Source: Trypanosoma brucei
Taxonomy: Eukaryota
Assembly (NCBI GenBank): GCA_000002445.1
Contig: AE017150.2
Location: 960,001-1,024,000, forward strand
DNA length: 64,000 bases
Direction: 5' to 3'
In this document: piece after piece, positions 40,506-51,500 of the stretch
Layout of the letters: each line of letters begins with the position of its first letter
Position numbering within the stretch: position 1 is the stretch's first letter
Program-made: the position numbers and the translations under genes
The notes under the pieces: generated by a model
What the model was told of the DNA's origin: nothing
The model's input: the letters and a program-made list of their open reading frames with translations, nothing else
The model's database searches: none

Positions 40506-43500
40506 ATGTCCGATGTTGAGGGTTCGATAAGCTTTTCTAATGTGGAGTCCCATATTCTTGCGTCCGAGGCGGTAATGCAACACCAAGAGGTAGTAGACAC
40601 CTTCAGCGACGGCTGGAATTCCCCTACTGGTGTTCATGTAACGGGAAACAATGACCGTGGAAGTATTGTTTGTAATACTGCAGAGTGGGCTACTGGATCG
40701 GATGGCCTTGATGACGGAGACTTAGGGAGGAGGAGGTCTTCCATATATCTTGATGCCAAAGATGGAGACGGGCCCGTGTCCGTTGCTCAGGGGCGCTCAA
40801 CCATTGACAACGTTGCCCTGACAGTTGATACGAGGCCCAGCGACCTAGCGGCGACATTGGAGGGGGAAAACTATCCGTATTATGATCTCGACTATGTCTG
40901 CTCGTACGCTTTCCAGAGTGAACATGCCGACCTGAATAGCCACGATTATGGGCTTGATGCCTTCATTCACGGAATGCGGCTGGGTCCCTGGCCCCTGCAA
41001 TCGACCGTGACGACCTCTCCACCACGGGTTCTAGATGGCCAATCGAATAGGCTCGCCCAGTTTGGTGGGCTGCAGTCGAGTTTGACGGTAGCAAGTGAGA
41101 GTCCCCTCCGAAACGACGTAGGTGTGCTGCGAGAGGCCAACAGTCTGCAGGACAAAACATCTCCTAACGGAACATCGGAGAGGTGGCTGAGGTGGTCTTT
41201 CCGGGCCTTTGACGGAAAATGCAATCTTCCGCAGGGCACTACAAGGGGCTGTGATACCTTAGGTGTGAGTGAGAGTTCCCTTTATGATGTGGATATGGTA
41301 TTGGGGCTACTTTGCACAGACAACGGGATTCCCGGTGTTCTCTCGAGTGGAAGTTGCAGTGAGGGGCACACGCAAAAAGCTAGTGAGATATGCATGGGAG
41401 TTATGCGCCGTGGGGACAGTGGATCCAACAATGAACTGATGCTGTTTCCTCGACATGATGATCGAGGAACTGGTGCCCTGACAAATGGGACGAGTGGAGC
41501 GGTATATCCGAGGTGCAGCGAGGACATCATAGGTGCTCCCACCGGAGTCGTGAACGCGCAGCCTCTGCGTACCGAGGAAGGAAAAGCTTCCGGTAACGTT
41601 GAGCTCACCATGGTCGGCGACGTACTACCAAAAACGTTTTCATGTCCTTCTGCAGCCTCTGACTTTGTGGGCGCCGAAGGGCCGTTAGGGGACGTCAAAG
41701 AAGGTACCGGACTCAGTTTGCCGTCGAAAGCTCTTCCCATATCTGCCATTCTTACTGACCGCGCACGTGGCAGGGTTGGAACTCCATCATGTAACTCTTT
41801 GGTGGATAGTTTAATTGGGGGGATGGAGTATCCGTACTTTAGTGGCCTCAAAGGCGACTCGAATTTGATTATAAGCTCACCTTTGCCGTCCCGTCAGTCG
41901 ATTTGTACTGCGGAAGAGGGTGAGGGGGCTATTTTGTCTGCCGAGGGGGTGTCTGTGGGCATGGAAAGGGAGTGTGAGCAATATCTGCAGTCTCATATCT
42001 CCTGCTCTGTGGGTGTGCATCTGCGATGCGGAACGGAGCTTCGTTCGATTAACCCATGCATCGCTCGTTGCGGCGACAGTCGTCCAGGTTCGACATGCAG
42101 GCCAGCCAGTTGTAGTCTAGATAAGAATCAAGGTGTAGGACAGGGGGTATGTATGGGTGGAAGCGAGCAACTTTCCATTCAGAAGCGTTCCAGGGAAAAG
42201 GCAGTTCAGGGCCCCGGGAGAATGAATGGGTCATCGATCAGTTTAGTGGCGGGTGCAGAGTCCATTACCGCATCTCAAAGCTTTGTGCGCCCGCCGGCTG
42301 CAGTTGTTTCCCGAAAGAGATGGCATCCGTGCAGCGAGCTTAGTACTGGTGGAGTGTCTGGGTCTCATACGGTTAAAGTGGCTGAAGATGGGATGTGTCT
42401 CGTTGAGGGGGGGTCGTCACCAATTATCAGGGTTTCAAGGGAACGACAGAGTGTTCCTTCAAACCGAGTGCGTTTGATTGTACTCAACCACAAAACGGGA
42501 ACGGGACAGAATGATGTGCAGACGGCAGTAAACCTCCGCGGAGAGAGTACGCTAGAAGTCTGTCCTCCACAGGGCTTGCCACACTTCTTTAGCGTGGACG
42601 AATACCTGGAATGCACCGATGACAATGATATGTGCTCTGTCACACTCGCGGAACTTCAAGGAAAGTTTCTCCGCGGCATGAACGTTGCCATGTTTGTTGC
42701 TGGAAGTGAGTCAGTACCACTGTCTGGCTGGTGTGCGGTTTTTGAGGTGATGAATCATGTGTTTCGTGACATCAATGATGAGTGCGAGTTGTTTATGTCC
42801 GTTGTCCTAATACGACAGGAGTCAGCACGGGATTTGCTTTCTGAGTCCGAAGGGGGGGTGCGAACTCTAAGTTCCTCCGTCATGGCTCCTTGGGTTGCCT
42901 TTGAAAACGTCACCCATATGAAACTGAAGAGCGCACATCACTTCATCACACTTTTATCGCGTGGTCTCGAAGTTGCCGATTTGAAGCACAATTGTGTCGG
43001 AAGTCGTGTAGTTTTGTCCGTCATGTTGAAACAAATTGATGTGAATGATGTAATTTTGTCGTCGATGCTTGTGACGGGTGGTGCTACCCCTAACGACCTT
43101 GATGTGCTACTGAGGGAAGGTGACCAAAGTGCACGAAAGCTATTCCATGAAGCGTTGGGTGGTCCTTATTTCACTGTTGTGGTTTCCTCACTCTGTGAAA
43201 GGGACAGAGACCTTCTGCAGCTTCTGAGCGCCCAACATAAGTTCACTTCCGTTGTCAACCAACCGTGTACCGTAGGAAGCGTGAGTCGGTTGATCGATAA
43301 TGCGGAGGCGGAGGTTGCTGGGTGTTCCACTGACGATCAAATTGTATTGGAAAGAAAACAATTCTTGCTTGAGCGCATAGCGCTTGCGAAACATATTATG
43401 TATAACCCCAAAGGGCTTTCACTGGTAGTTGACGTGGAGGAATCAGTACGACTTGAGAAGAGGGTTCATTGTGGTGTGAAATTTGACAAGCAACCGTTCC

Positions 43501-46500
43501 CTGGACCACAGTCCTCATCTGTGTCTGCTTGTGGCGGGGATTCCCACAACGCGGCGTCTGCGCTGTGTGTGGAGGAAGGGCAAAGTAGTAAGCAGAGACA
43601 AGAACCATGTCCAAAATTTTTCTCGGAGGCACAGTGGCTGAAACCAAGTAGCAAAGGCGACACTAGAGTTACGCTCATGGGTGGCGCGCCACCGTCATCG
43701 CTGCCACAACGCAATCATTATGGGGAGGGGAAAACACCCTCGTGCTTGCCCTGTGTTACCGCAGCAGGCATGCCCACTCCCCGAGATCCCCGACTGGAGC
43801 GCCAGGTGAGGCCATCCAGCAGAAGACTCAGCATTCCAGTGGAGCCGGATCAAGCTAGTTACGCAACGACTTGCAGTATGTCGGACCCCCAAAGGGGGGA
43901 GGGTTTGCCCTCCCTGGGCCCTTTGGCAACCACATGTGGAATGGAATTGGCGCCATCTACGCAGCGTAGAGCCCACCGTTGTTTTCCTTCCTCAGCTTCC
44001 TCCGACCACACGACATGTGCATACTCACAGCGGCTGTTCTCGCTAACCCCCGCTCGGGGGGCCTCGCATGATGCTGAGGTCTCCTGTAAGATTGACACAC
44101 CCGGTGTTCCTGATGCAGAAAAAGTTAGAACTTCTACCACGCCCGATGCTTTTTCATGCCCAGGTATAAGCACAAAGGTGAAATACGACCCTGGCCTTTC
44201 TCTCCCATCCTTGAAGGCAGCACGGGGACCACCGTGTTCCATGACATCTTGCTTCCCATTCGACCCAATCCTTACGGGACCCCCCGGTGTTGTGGAGCCC
44301 GTGGAGCACTGCGGAATCTCGCAGGGCCCAGCACTCTGCAGACAGAGGGAACAGCCACAACTGCCCGATGCCTCGGTTGCATGCTCTGGGGGCTCCCCAA
44401 CCCTCACTTGCAAGCAAGTGGCTCATGCGAGCCAAAACAGCGTGCACACCGACATCAAGAAGAAGCAAATTTCTGACGGCGGTAGTGACAGCAGCGCACG
44501 GAGCGCAGAAGGCAGCGAGGATGATGTGCTGCACAGTGCCATGTCTGCACCTTCTAAGGTGAGAACGCTTGTTGTGGTCGACCAGGGTTGTGGACACGTG
44601 ATTGGTGCCGGGAACGATGACGGTGGGCCTTTCCTAAGAACTGGCGGCTCTCATGAGGGATACGAGGTTGACGAGGTGGTGAAATGGGGCGATGGTTGCG
44701 GTGACGTGCCTTCGAAGGTGTTGGGTGAGCTGTTTGATGTTTTTGTTTTGGGTTGCAACGCTGCTATCCTTACTGCAGAGAGTGGTTCCTCAACCGTGTC
44801 ATCAACTGTGCTTAGGGGTCTCGTACGGAATGTGCTTTCAGAGGTTGTTGATGCTTCGGGCCTCCAGAATTCCAACCGTAGAGGATTGCTCAGCTTATCG
44901 ATTGTGAAATTGAGCGGAGAGCGCATGCTTGATCTGCTGGATGATAGCAGCGAGCCGGAGAGGTTGGTCATAGCTATGTCGCCGATCTTCGGCCCGTGTG
45001 TTCACAACGCCCGCCGGTTTCCTGTTAGCAGCTGCAGCGGGTTCGACTCGCTACTGGCATCAGCCCTTCGTCGCGCCAAGAACGCAGGGGTCGATGATGG
45101 GTTGGTGTTCGTCTCAGTTGTACTAAAGCAGAAGCTGAAAGCGGATGGGGATGTCCTTGTCTCATCTCTCGCAGTCAGTTTGGCAGGGGAAAACGTTGAC
45201 CTCTACACATCCGTGCTGAACCGTGTCTCGCGCGCACCGCGTGCGCTATTTCACTACGCATTGGGTGGACCGTGTTATACTGTAGCGTTGCTTAGTATTG
45301 ATGTCGCAACGACTCAGACCGAAAATATGCTGCGCGTGCAGAAGTGTATTGGAGAGGTGGTGAACCGGCCGATACACCGCGGAAGCATCGTGAAGTTTAT
45401 TAGCGGAATCCGGGATGATCTCGTGCCTAGTCTTCGTGAAAAGTTTCAAGGGTCGAATAAATGTGAGCCGTCAGATAATATATTGTACCGGCTCGAGGAA
45501 ATGGTGCGAGACGCAGAATTGCTTTTGGAGAATTTCGAGTCGAATGACCCCCGCGCATATCTTAGTGACAAAGAGACAAGGTCGCCTAAGGGGTGCGTGT
45601 CGCTCCTAGAGACCAAAGCCAGAACCGGGGACGAGGGGAGGGTTCATTCACTTTTATTCTTCGAGCAACGACTCCTTAGTGATGGTACCGCTGGTGTGCA
45701 AGGTAACTCCGTATTTACCCGAGCAGGGGCGATTACCCGCCGCTATGGCGTCGACGAGGTGGTGTTGCGTGGGCCCGACAGCGACAGTAATGCTACTCTG
45801 TGTTCACGTCTTCTTGATGAGCTCGTTCGGAAGTTTATGTCGGGGCATTGCACTGCTGTTCTTGCCGCAGATAGCCACAACTCCGCTTCCACACCGCTTA
45901 TCCTCCGCAAGATAGTGTACCTTATCCTGCAGAGTACGAAAGCAGGGGTGGGTTGCGGGCCGGTGGGTGGCGACTTGCTCCTCTCAATGGCGCTCGTTAA
46001 GAACGGTGTTACGGTGGATCTATTGGCAGCTGAAGAATCCGAGGCGGTTCACCGCTTCGGGGTGGAAATATCACCACTCTTCGACCGCCACGTACGGGGA
46101 GTGTCGCATCGCGTTGTCGCCGACACTGAGGCTTTTGACCGTTTTTTAGTTGGGGCTGTCGAGCACGTCGTACCCACCCTACAAGCCGAGGATCCCGGCC
46201 TGATGGTTGTTTCCTTAAAGTTAACACACCATGTGGAAGAACCTGTACACGACGTGTTTGTTTCCTCGCTCATGGTGACCACCGTATTCGATCACGTTTC
46301 CCACTACAGCGACATTTTGTCAAACCGCTCTAGTGAGCTCACGGACCTTTTCAAGCTCGCGTTGGGGGGGCCATGTTTCACTATCGTCGCGCTTGGATTG
46401 TGTGACGAAGATGATGATGCGGAAGCCTTGCTTTCCGTGCAAACTAAGCTTTCCCAGGTGCGAAACCTGCCGTCTCATCGCACGAGTGCTCTACGGCGCA

Positions 46501-46688
46501 TGGATGAACTTACGAAAACAATTCAGGTGCTGGGGGTCCAGCTTCAGGAAGAAGAAAGTGAGGAAGAAAAGGCCCAACTCCGCGTGAGGATCGTCCGTGC
46601 AAGGCGTTTCCTGCTAGAAGTTGAGTCACTCCTCAAGAACCCACCACGGGAAATGGGCTGCGTACGCGCTTACAAGTCGGTGCACTGA
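40506..46688 (+). CDS. Pseudo-kinesin family protein, paralog 4 (right-arm copy)
   Basis: Mirror of 28011..34193. The ATG at 40506 was checked. It differs from the left copy at three or more residues (G/D, Q/P, S/P). Confidence 0.85.
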   Translation: MSDVEGSISFSNVESHILASEAVMQHQEVVDTFSDGWNSPTGVHVTGNNDRGSIVCNTAEWATGSDGLDDGDLGRRRSSIYLDAKDGDGPVSVAQGRSTIDNVALTVDTRPSDLAATLEGENYPYYDLDYVCSYAFQSEHADLNSHDYGLDAFIHGMRLGPWPLQSTVTTSPPRVLDGQSNRLAQFGGLQSSLTVASESPLRNDVGVLREANSLQDKTSPNGTSERWLRWSFRAFDGKCNLPQGTTRGCDTLGVSESSLYDVDMVLGLLCTDNGIPGVLSSGSCSEGHTQKASEICMGVMRRGDSGSNNELMLFPRHDDRGTGALTNGTSGAVYPRCSEDIIGAPTGVVNAQPLRTEEGKASGNVELTMVGDVLPKTFSCPSAASDFVGAEGPLGDVKEGTGLSLPSKALPISAILTDRARGRVGTPSCNSLVDSLIGGMEYPYFSGLKGDSNLIISSPLPSRQSICTAEEGEGAILSAEGVSVGMERECEQYLQSHISCSVGVHLRCGTELRSINPCIARCGDSRPGSTCRPASCSLDKNQGVGQGVCMGGSEQLSIQKRSREKAVQGPGRMNGSSISLVAGAESITASQSFVRPPAAVVSRKRWHPCSELSTGGVSGSHTVKVAEDGMCLVEGGSSPIIRVSRERQSVPSNRVRLIVLNHKTGTGQNDVQTAVNLRGESTLEVCPPQGLPHFFSVDEYLECTDDNDMCSVTLAELQGKFLRGMNVAMFVAGSESVPLSGWCAVFEVMNHVFRDINDECELFMSVVLIRQESARDLLSESEGGVRTLSSSVMAPWVAFENVTHMKLKSAHHFITLLSRGLEVADLKHNCVGSRVVLSVMLKQIDVNDVILSSMLVTGGATPNDLDVLLREGDQSARKLFHEALGGPYFTVVVSSLCERDRDLLQLLSAQHKFTSVVNQPCTVGSVSRLIDNAEAEVAGCSTDDQIVLERKQFLLERIALAKHIMYNPKGLSLVVDVEESVRLEKRVHCGVKFDKQPFPGPQSSSVSACGGDSHNAASALCVEEGQSSKQRQEPCPKFFSEAQWLKPSSKGDTRVTLMGGAPPSSLPQRNHYGEGKTPSCLPCVTAAGMPTPRDPRLERQVRPSSRRLSIPVEPDQASYATTCSMSDPQRGEGLPSLGPLATTCGMELAPSTQRRAHRCFPSSASSDHTTCAYSQRLFSLTPARGASHDAEVSCKIDTPGVPDAEKVRTSTTPDAFSCPGISTKVKYDPGLSLPSLKAARGPPCSMTSCFPFDPILTGPPGVVEPVEHCGISQGPALCRQREQPQLPDASVACSGGSPTLTCKQVAHASQNSVHTDIKKKQISDGGSDSSARSAEGSEDDVLHSAMSAPSKVRTLVVVDQGCGHVIGAGNDDGGPFLRTGGSHEGYEVDEVVKWGDGCGDVPSKVLGELFDVFVLGCNAAILTAESGSSTVSSTVLRGLVRNVLSEVVDASGLQNSNRRGLLSLSIVKLSGERMLDLLDDSSEPERLVIAMSPIFGPCVHNARRFPVSSCSGFDSLLASALRRAKNAGVDDGLVFVSVVLKQKLKADGDVLVSSLAVSLAGENVDLYTSVLNRVSRAPRALFHYALGGPCYTVALLSIDVATTQTENMLRVQKCIGEVVNRPIHRGSIVKFISGIRDDLVPSLREKFQGSNKCEPSDNILYRLEEMVRDAELLLENFESNDPRAYLSDKETRSPKGCVSLLETKARTGDEGRVHSLLFFEQRLLSDGTAGVQGNSVFTRAGAITRRYGVDEVVLRGPDSDSNATLCSRLLDELVRKFMSGHCTAVLAADSHNSASTPLILRKIVYLILQSTKAGVGCGPVGGDLLLSMALVKNGVTVDLLAAEESEAVHRFGVEISPLFDRHVRGVSHRVVADTEAFDRFLVGAVEHVVPTLQAEDPGLMVVSLKLTHHVEEPVHDVFVSSLMVTTVFDHVSHYSDILSNRSSELTDLFKLALGGPCFTIVALGLCDEDDDAEALLSVQTKLSQVRNLPSHRTSALRRMDELTKTIQVLGVQLQEEESEEEKAQLRVRIVRARRFLLEVESLLKNPPREMGCVRAYKSVH

Positions 46689-48401
46689 GGCTGGTGTGCC
46701 TCCATTCTGACGTTTATTACTCCAAGCCTCATCTACTTGTCACTTTGTGTGCTAGCATGAAGGTACTTGTGCACTACTGCCGAACGCTCGCACCCCTATG
46801 GGTCCGGTTGAGCTGTGGAAGTGGGTACACACTTCTAGTATGTTGGGTTTCCCCACCTTAACACTACCTCTGGTTGCGTTGCCCATTCGGTGGCTCGGAT
46901 ACGCCAAAATTTGTGTGTGCGTCGTTATATAAATGTCATACACACGCGCGTATATATATATATATATATGTACCCCATAAGTGTTCCCTTCTCCCTGCTG
47001 GTGCACGCTGCTGCTACCAAGATACCGCTTGTTTACTTCGATAAATTTGCTTCTCCCACGTGCCGTTGAAGGGCGGTAAGGGTGAAAAGCGATACCTTTG
47101 TCTCGCTGCCGCGGGGGAGCTAGGGCGGGACTTCGCTTTACCTCTTTCTGAGGGTTTCTGTAAGCCGATCTCTCTTCCGCAGAGAGTGGTAAGTATAATG
47201 TGTGTGTGTGTGTTTAGTGTATTCCCTTCCTGCGCATCGTCTTAAGTGCTTAGTACATTTTTTAGTTTTTTTTCGTGTTGCCGTAAATTTATCTCTTTCT
47301 TTCATCGCCTTTGTTATCTGCAATGCGTCCGCATTTGGGAAAAGGTAGGAAGGAGTGTTCCCTTCGTGAACGTAGTGAGTGGTTGGAAATAAAGTGAGCC
47401 GTGTGTGCTGACCGTCACGCGCGTTTTTTTTTTGTGTGTGTGTGTGTGTTTATTTCAATTTTGCTGTGTTTTTGCGGTTATTCGATGGGAACCCACCCTT
47501 CCCCCCTCCCCTAGAGTTTTTTACACGTGTTGGGCGGAAGGTCATAGTAGCGACCCGAGGAAGTACCGACACAGCCTCTTTTTATTTTTTATATACCATT
47601 TACTTACGTGTTCTCCCCCTTTGTACCACTGCTACTGTTTTGGGGTCGCGCTCCGTTGACGCGGAGTCACTTACATCGATGAATAGCATGTGTGCCCATT
47701 GTATTTTTTTCCAGGTATCCTCTGCTTACTACTAATAATAATGAATGCACCGCGGAAACTAAATAGCGATCGCTTCATACGACTTGTTGTTGCGGTGACT
47801 AGGGCGCCCTTCCCAAGGGCAGCACGGAAGGTTTTGTCGGGATAACATCATGTCTTCATTCTTTCATTCCTTTTACTCTTGCACACCGATAACGTAGCAA
47901 GTCGCGAATAGGATCGGCAGCTTCACTGAGAAGGTCTTTGCAATGCACTGAGCAAAACCCCTGTGAGGGCACGCCGCTGAAACTGGTAATTATATTTCAG
48001 AGTGAGAAGATTCAACTGCCGAATCCACGGCTGCACAAGTCTCCGTATTGCATCTCGGTAAAATCTGAGCTGGCGCGGAGAATTCTGTGTGGGCTTGGGG
48101 AGCAGTTACATAGCATCTTTGGACGGGAATAATACCCCTTGTACCCAAGAAGGGATCCTGTCGGATGTGCTCCGACTTACTTTGTAGTCACGCACACACA
48201 CATGCTCGGCAATCTTCCTCATCTGTGTTGTCAGCACGGTTCCCAGACCTCTACGATACTTGTTTTTACCGTCGACGGCGTGGCGCCATGCCTCGGAGGT
48301 TACACGTTTCATGCGAGTCACATACGTTCTTGGGTTTGTCCCACTTTCCAACTTGGTGTAAGACGTTCCGTGGTCAGCCCGGCCTAGTTAGTTGTTCAAA
48401 C

Positions 48402-48460
48402 GCCTCTGTTTCCCTCCCCCTCTCCTATTTCTACGTTTCTCAAAAGCTGTCTTTGGTTTC
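48402..48460 (+). promoter_or_regulatory. Candidate polypyrimidine tract plus AG acceptor cluster upstream of paralog 3 (right copy). The mirror is at about 26240-26298 on the minus strand.
   Basis: cctctgtttccctccccctctcctatttctacgtttctcaaaAGctgtctttggtttcAG, followed by the ATG at 48515. Confidence 0.5.
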
Positions 48461-48514
48461 AGAAAGAGGAGCGAAAGCAAGGGAAGTCAAGCAAGTAAGT
48501 TTTGTAACCGTAAA

Positions 48515-51500
48515 ATGATGAGAAAGAACTTGAACTCAAACGACGTCAGCCAGCCGCATTCTACTACAACATTGGACACAAACCCGGCATCGTACGGTAC
48601 GGTGCGTAACCCCCTGCATTCAGTGGTTGGGCCTACGGGTTACGGAGCACAACCACCCATATCGTCTCCAGCGACTTGGGTGAACAACCATTCGGCAGCC
48701 TTTGCCGCCCAGGGCCTGGGACCACACTGTGGAGCCCCCGGCGGTAGACCCTTCCCAGTGGTGCGTGGTTCAACGAATCGCGGAGATTCATATACAGAGC
48801 TTCAATGCCCAGTGGCAGGGTCAGGGCCAACCAACCCGTATGGGAATCGAACCGCGATCGACAAACTTCCTGGCTTGGAGGGCGGCCGATTTGATTGTGG
48901 AGGAGCCGGTCAGCGGCGCGGCCCATTACTCGGGGTATCGGGGGACCTCTATGGCGTGACAGGAATCAGTAATTCCACATCCAGAGGAAACGATCGACAC
49001 AACGGATCCATGTATGGCACGAACCCCACGTACAGCAAGACCTCGAGAACGGGTTCCATGTATGGCATGGGTTCCATGTATGGCAGAACATCGAGAATAG
49101 GTTCCATGTATGGCATGGGTTCCATGTATGGCAGAACATCAAGAACAGGTTCCATGTATGGCATGGGTTCCATGTATGGCAGAACATCGAGAATAGGTTC
49201 CATGTATGGCAGAACATCGAGAATAGGTTCCATGTATGGCAGAACATCAGGAACAGGTTCCATGTATGGGATGGGCTCAATTTATGGCATGGGTTCCATG
49301 TATGGCAGAACATCAAGAACAGGTTCCATGTATGGTCCGCGGATGGAATATGGCCCGATATACGGCGTGGGAGGGCCCATGGGTTCCATGTACGGTCCGC
49401 AGATGGGATACGGCCCGATATACGGTGTGGGAGGGCCCACGGGTTCCATGTACGGTCCGCAGATGGGATACGGCCCGATATACTGTGTGGGGCCCATGTA
49501 CGGCCGACCATCGAGGACAGATTCCGTGTACGGTCCGCAGATGGGACACGGCCCGATGTACTGTGTGGGAGGGCTGCTCTACAACAAAGCATTTCAGGAG
49601 GGTGACCCAGGCCGAGGCCCCACCGTACCTAAATCCGCGCCGTGCAACTCCAGCACTCCTTCCGCAGGAGTTACAACAAAGCCTGACGCGGAACCGGACA
49701 GGGAAGAGAAGGAGCCACGCGTTACTGGCGGAAAGAAGCCTACCACTTTCACCAACAAAGGACCCGCTGCCGAGACCGCCAAGAAACCCTGCGACCTGGA
49801 TTCTGGAAACGGGAAAGTAAAACACTCTCCTGTTGCTCAGGTTCCGCCTGACAACAGCGTTCGCACACTAATGGTGGTGAGCAGTGAGGCAGGACCGCAA
49901 GTAACAATAAAAGAGGAGGAGCGGAAGGTGGGCGTGGCGAGCAGTGGCGAGGAGGTCGTTTACTACGAAGGTGACGAGGTCGTGCACGGGGATGAGATCA
50001 CTGTGGAAAAGTCTGCACTTCTACAAATGATCGTCCAGCAGGTGGAACTGGGCCACAACACCGCTCTCATTTTGTCCGACAGTACACCGCAGCAGACTCT
50101 CTCTGCGTGCGTCACTACATCCGTAATGAAATCCATATTGGCGGCACTCAGGAAGGGTGAGACGGAAAATGGAACCAAATACGAGGTTTTGGCGACTGCA
50201 GCGGATGTGCCAACGATCGCGACCGCCAGAGATCTTCTGGCCGTGGAGAGCGAGGCAGTGAAAATTGCTCGATATGGCTCCAATCCCATGTTGGGTGCGT
50301 GCCTGATGGACCTGCAGGAGACAGTGCTACGGGACGATGCTGATGTCGATGTGTTTGTACAAGAGGCACTGAAAAAGTCATCGGGCACTGCGGCATTGGG
50401 TGTTATGCATGCGACGTTGAAGCAGATCAGAAAAACCAGCAGCGCTGCACCTACGGTGTACGTCTCCTCTTTCGTATGCCTGTTCGTGAAGGATGGGGTC
50501 GAACACCTCCAAGATCTTCTTGACATGAATGGGAAGGTTGTGCCTCTCCCACTTGCGAAGAGTGTTTTGGGCGGAGGCAGCTGTGTGGTTGCCGTGGTTG
50601 GTGCATCAGGTAAGGACGTGGCAGTGGACGCGAAGATCCTGAGCAACACCGCTGCGCTGCGGGGGGTAAAAAACACACCGCCACGGAGTGGTAACGTCGC
50701 CCGTTTTGTTGAGTTTGCGGAGACCCAGTTCACGGAATGTAAAGCTGCCATTGAACGTTCGAAGGAAGCGGCGGAGCGAGAGCGCCACGAGCGGACGCTT
50801 CGGAGGTTGGAGATCATGCTCTCGGACGCGCGGAAGCTGCTGTCGGACCCTGAGGAGACGCGGGCAAAAGTGTATCCACCAAGCCGAGAGTCAGTGAAGA
50901 ACGGCTCTGTCGAGAACGATGGCGGGAATGTGAGAAATGGTGCCTCCATAGAGGATGACAGACCCAGCGCCGCCACGTTAGCACCAGCTCCCGCGTCTGC
51001 TGATTCTCTGACCGAGCCAAAGGAGCAGGAGGTGATTGGGGCTCCTGCCCCAGCACACACCACAGAACCGTGGGAAAAGACCGCCAAAATCATTGTAACT
51101 GCGGGGTCGGGGCCCTCGAACGGCACCGCTGAGGTTGTTGCAGGAGGCGAGAAGAAAACTGACGAAGTTGATGAATATATCCAACGCACCGGCGTAAGAC
51201 CTGTGGATTCCGTTATTGCAAAGCGTATGGAGGGTATTCTTACCCAAGGATACAACGTAGCCCTCTTGTCTGCGGAGATGGTGCCTGACGAAGTTACAGG
51301 GGATCAGGTGACATGGAGTCTCGTGAAGGCGATCCTGAAGGGTGCACTAAGCAAAAAGGATGGCGTAACAAATGAGTGTACCCTGCAGATGAGCATCCTC
51401 AGAGGTGACAAAGTCGTGCTGGACCTGCTTGGATCGTCAGAAAAGCGACAGCTTGTTGTCGCAAGGTCTCCAATATTTGGTGTGACGGTACAGGGAGCTA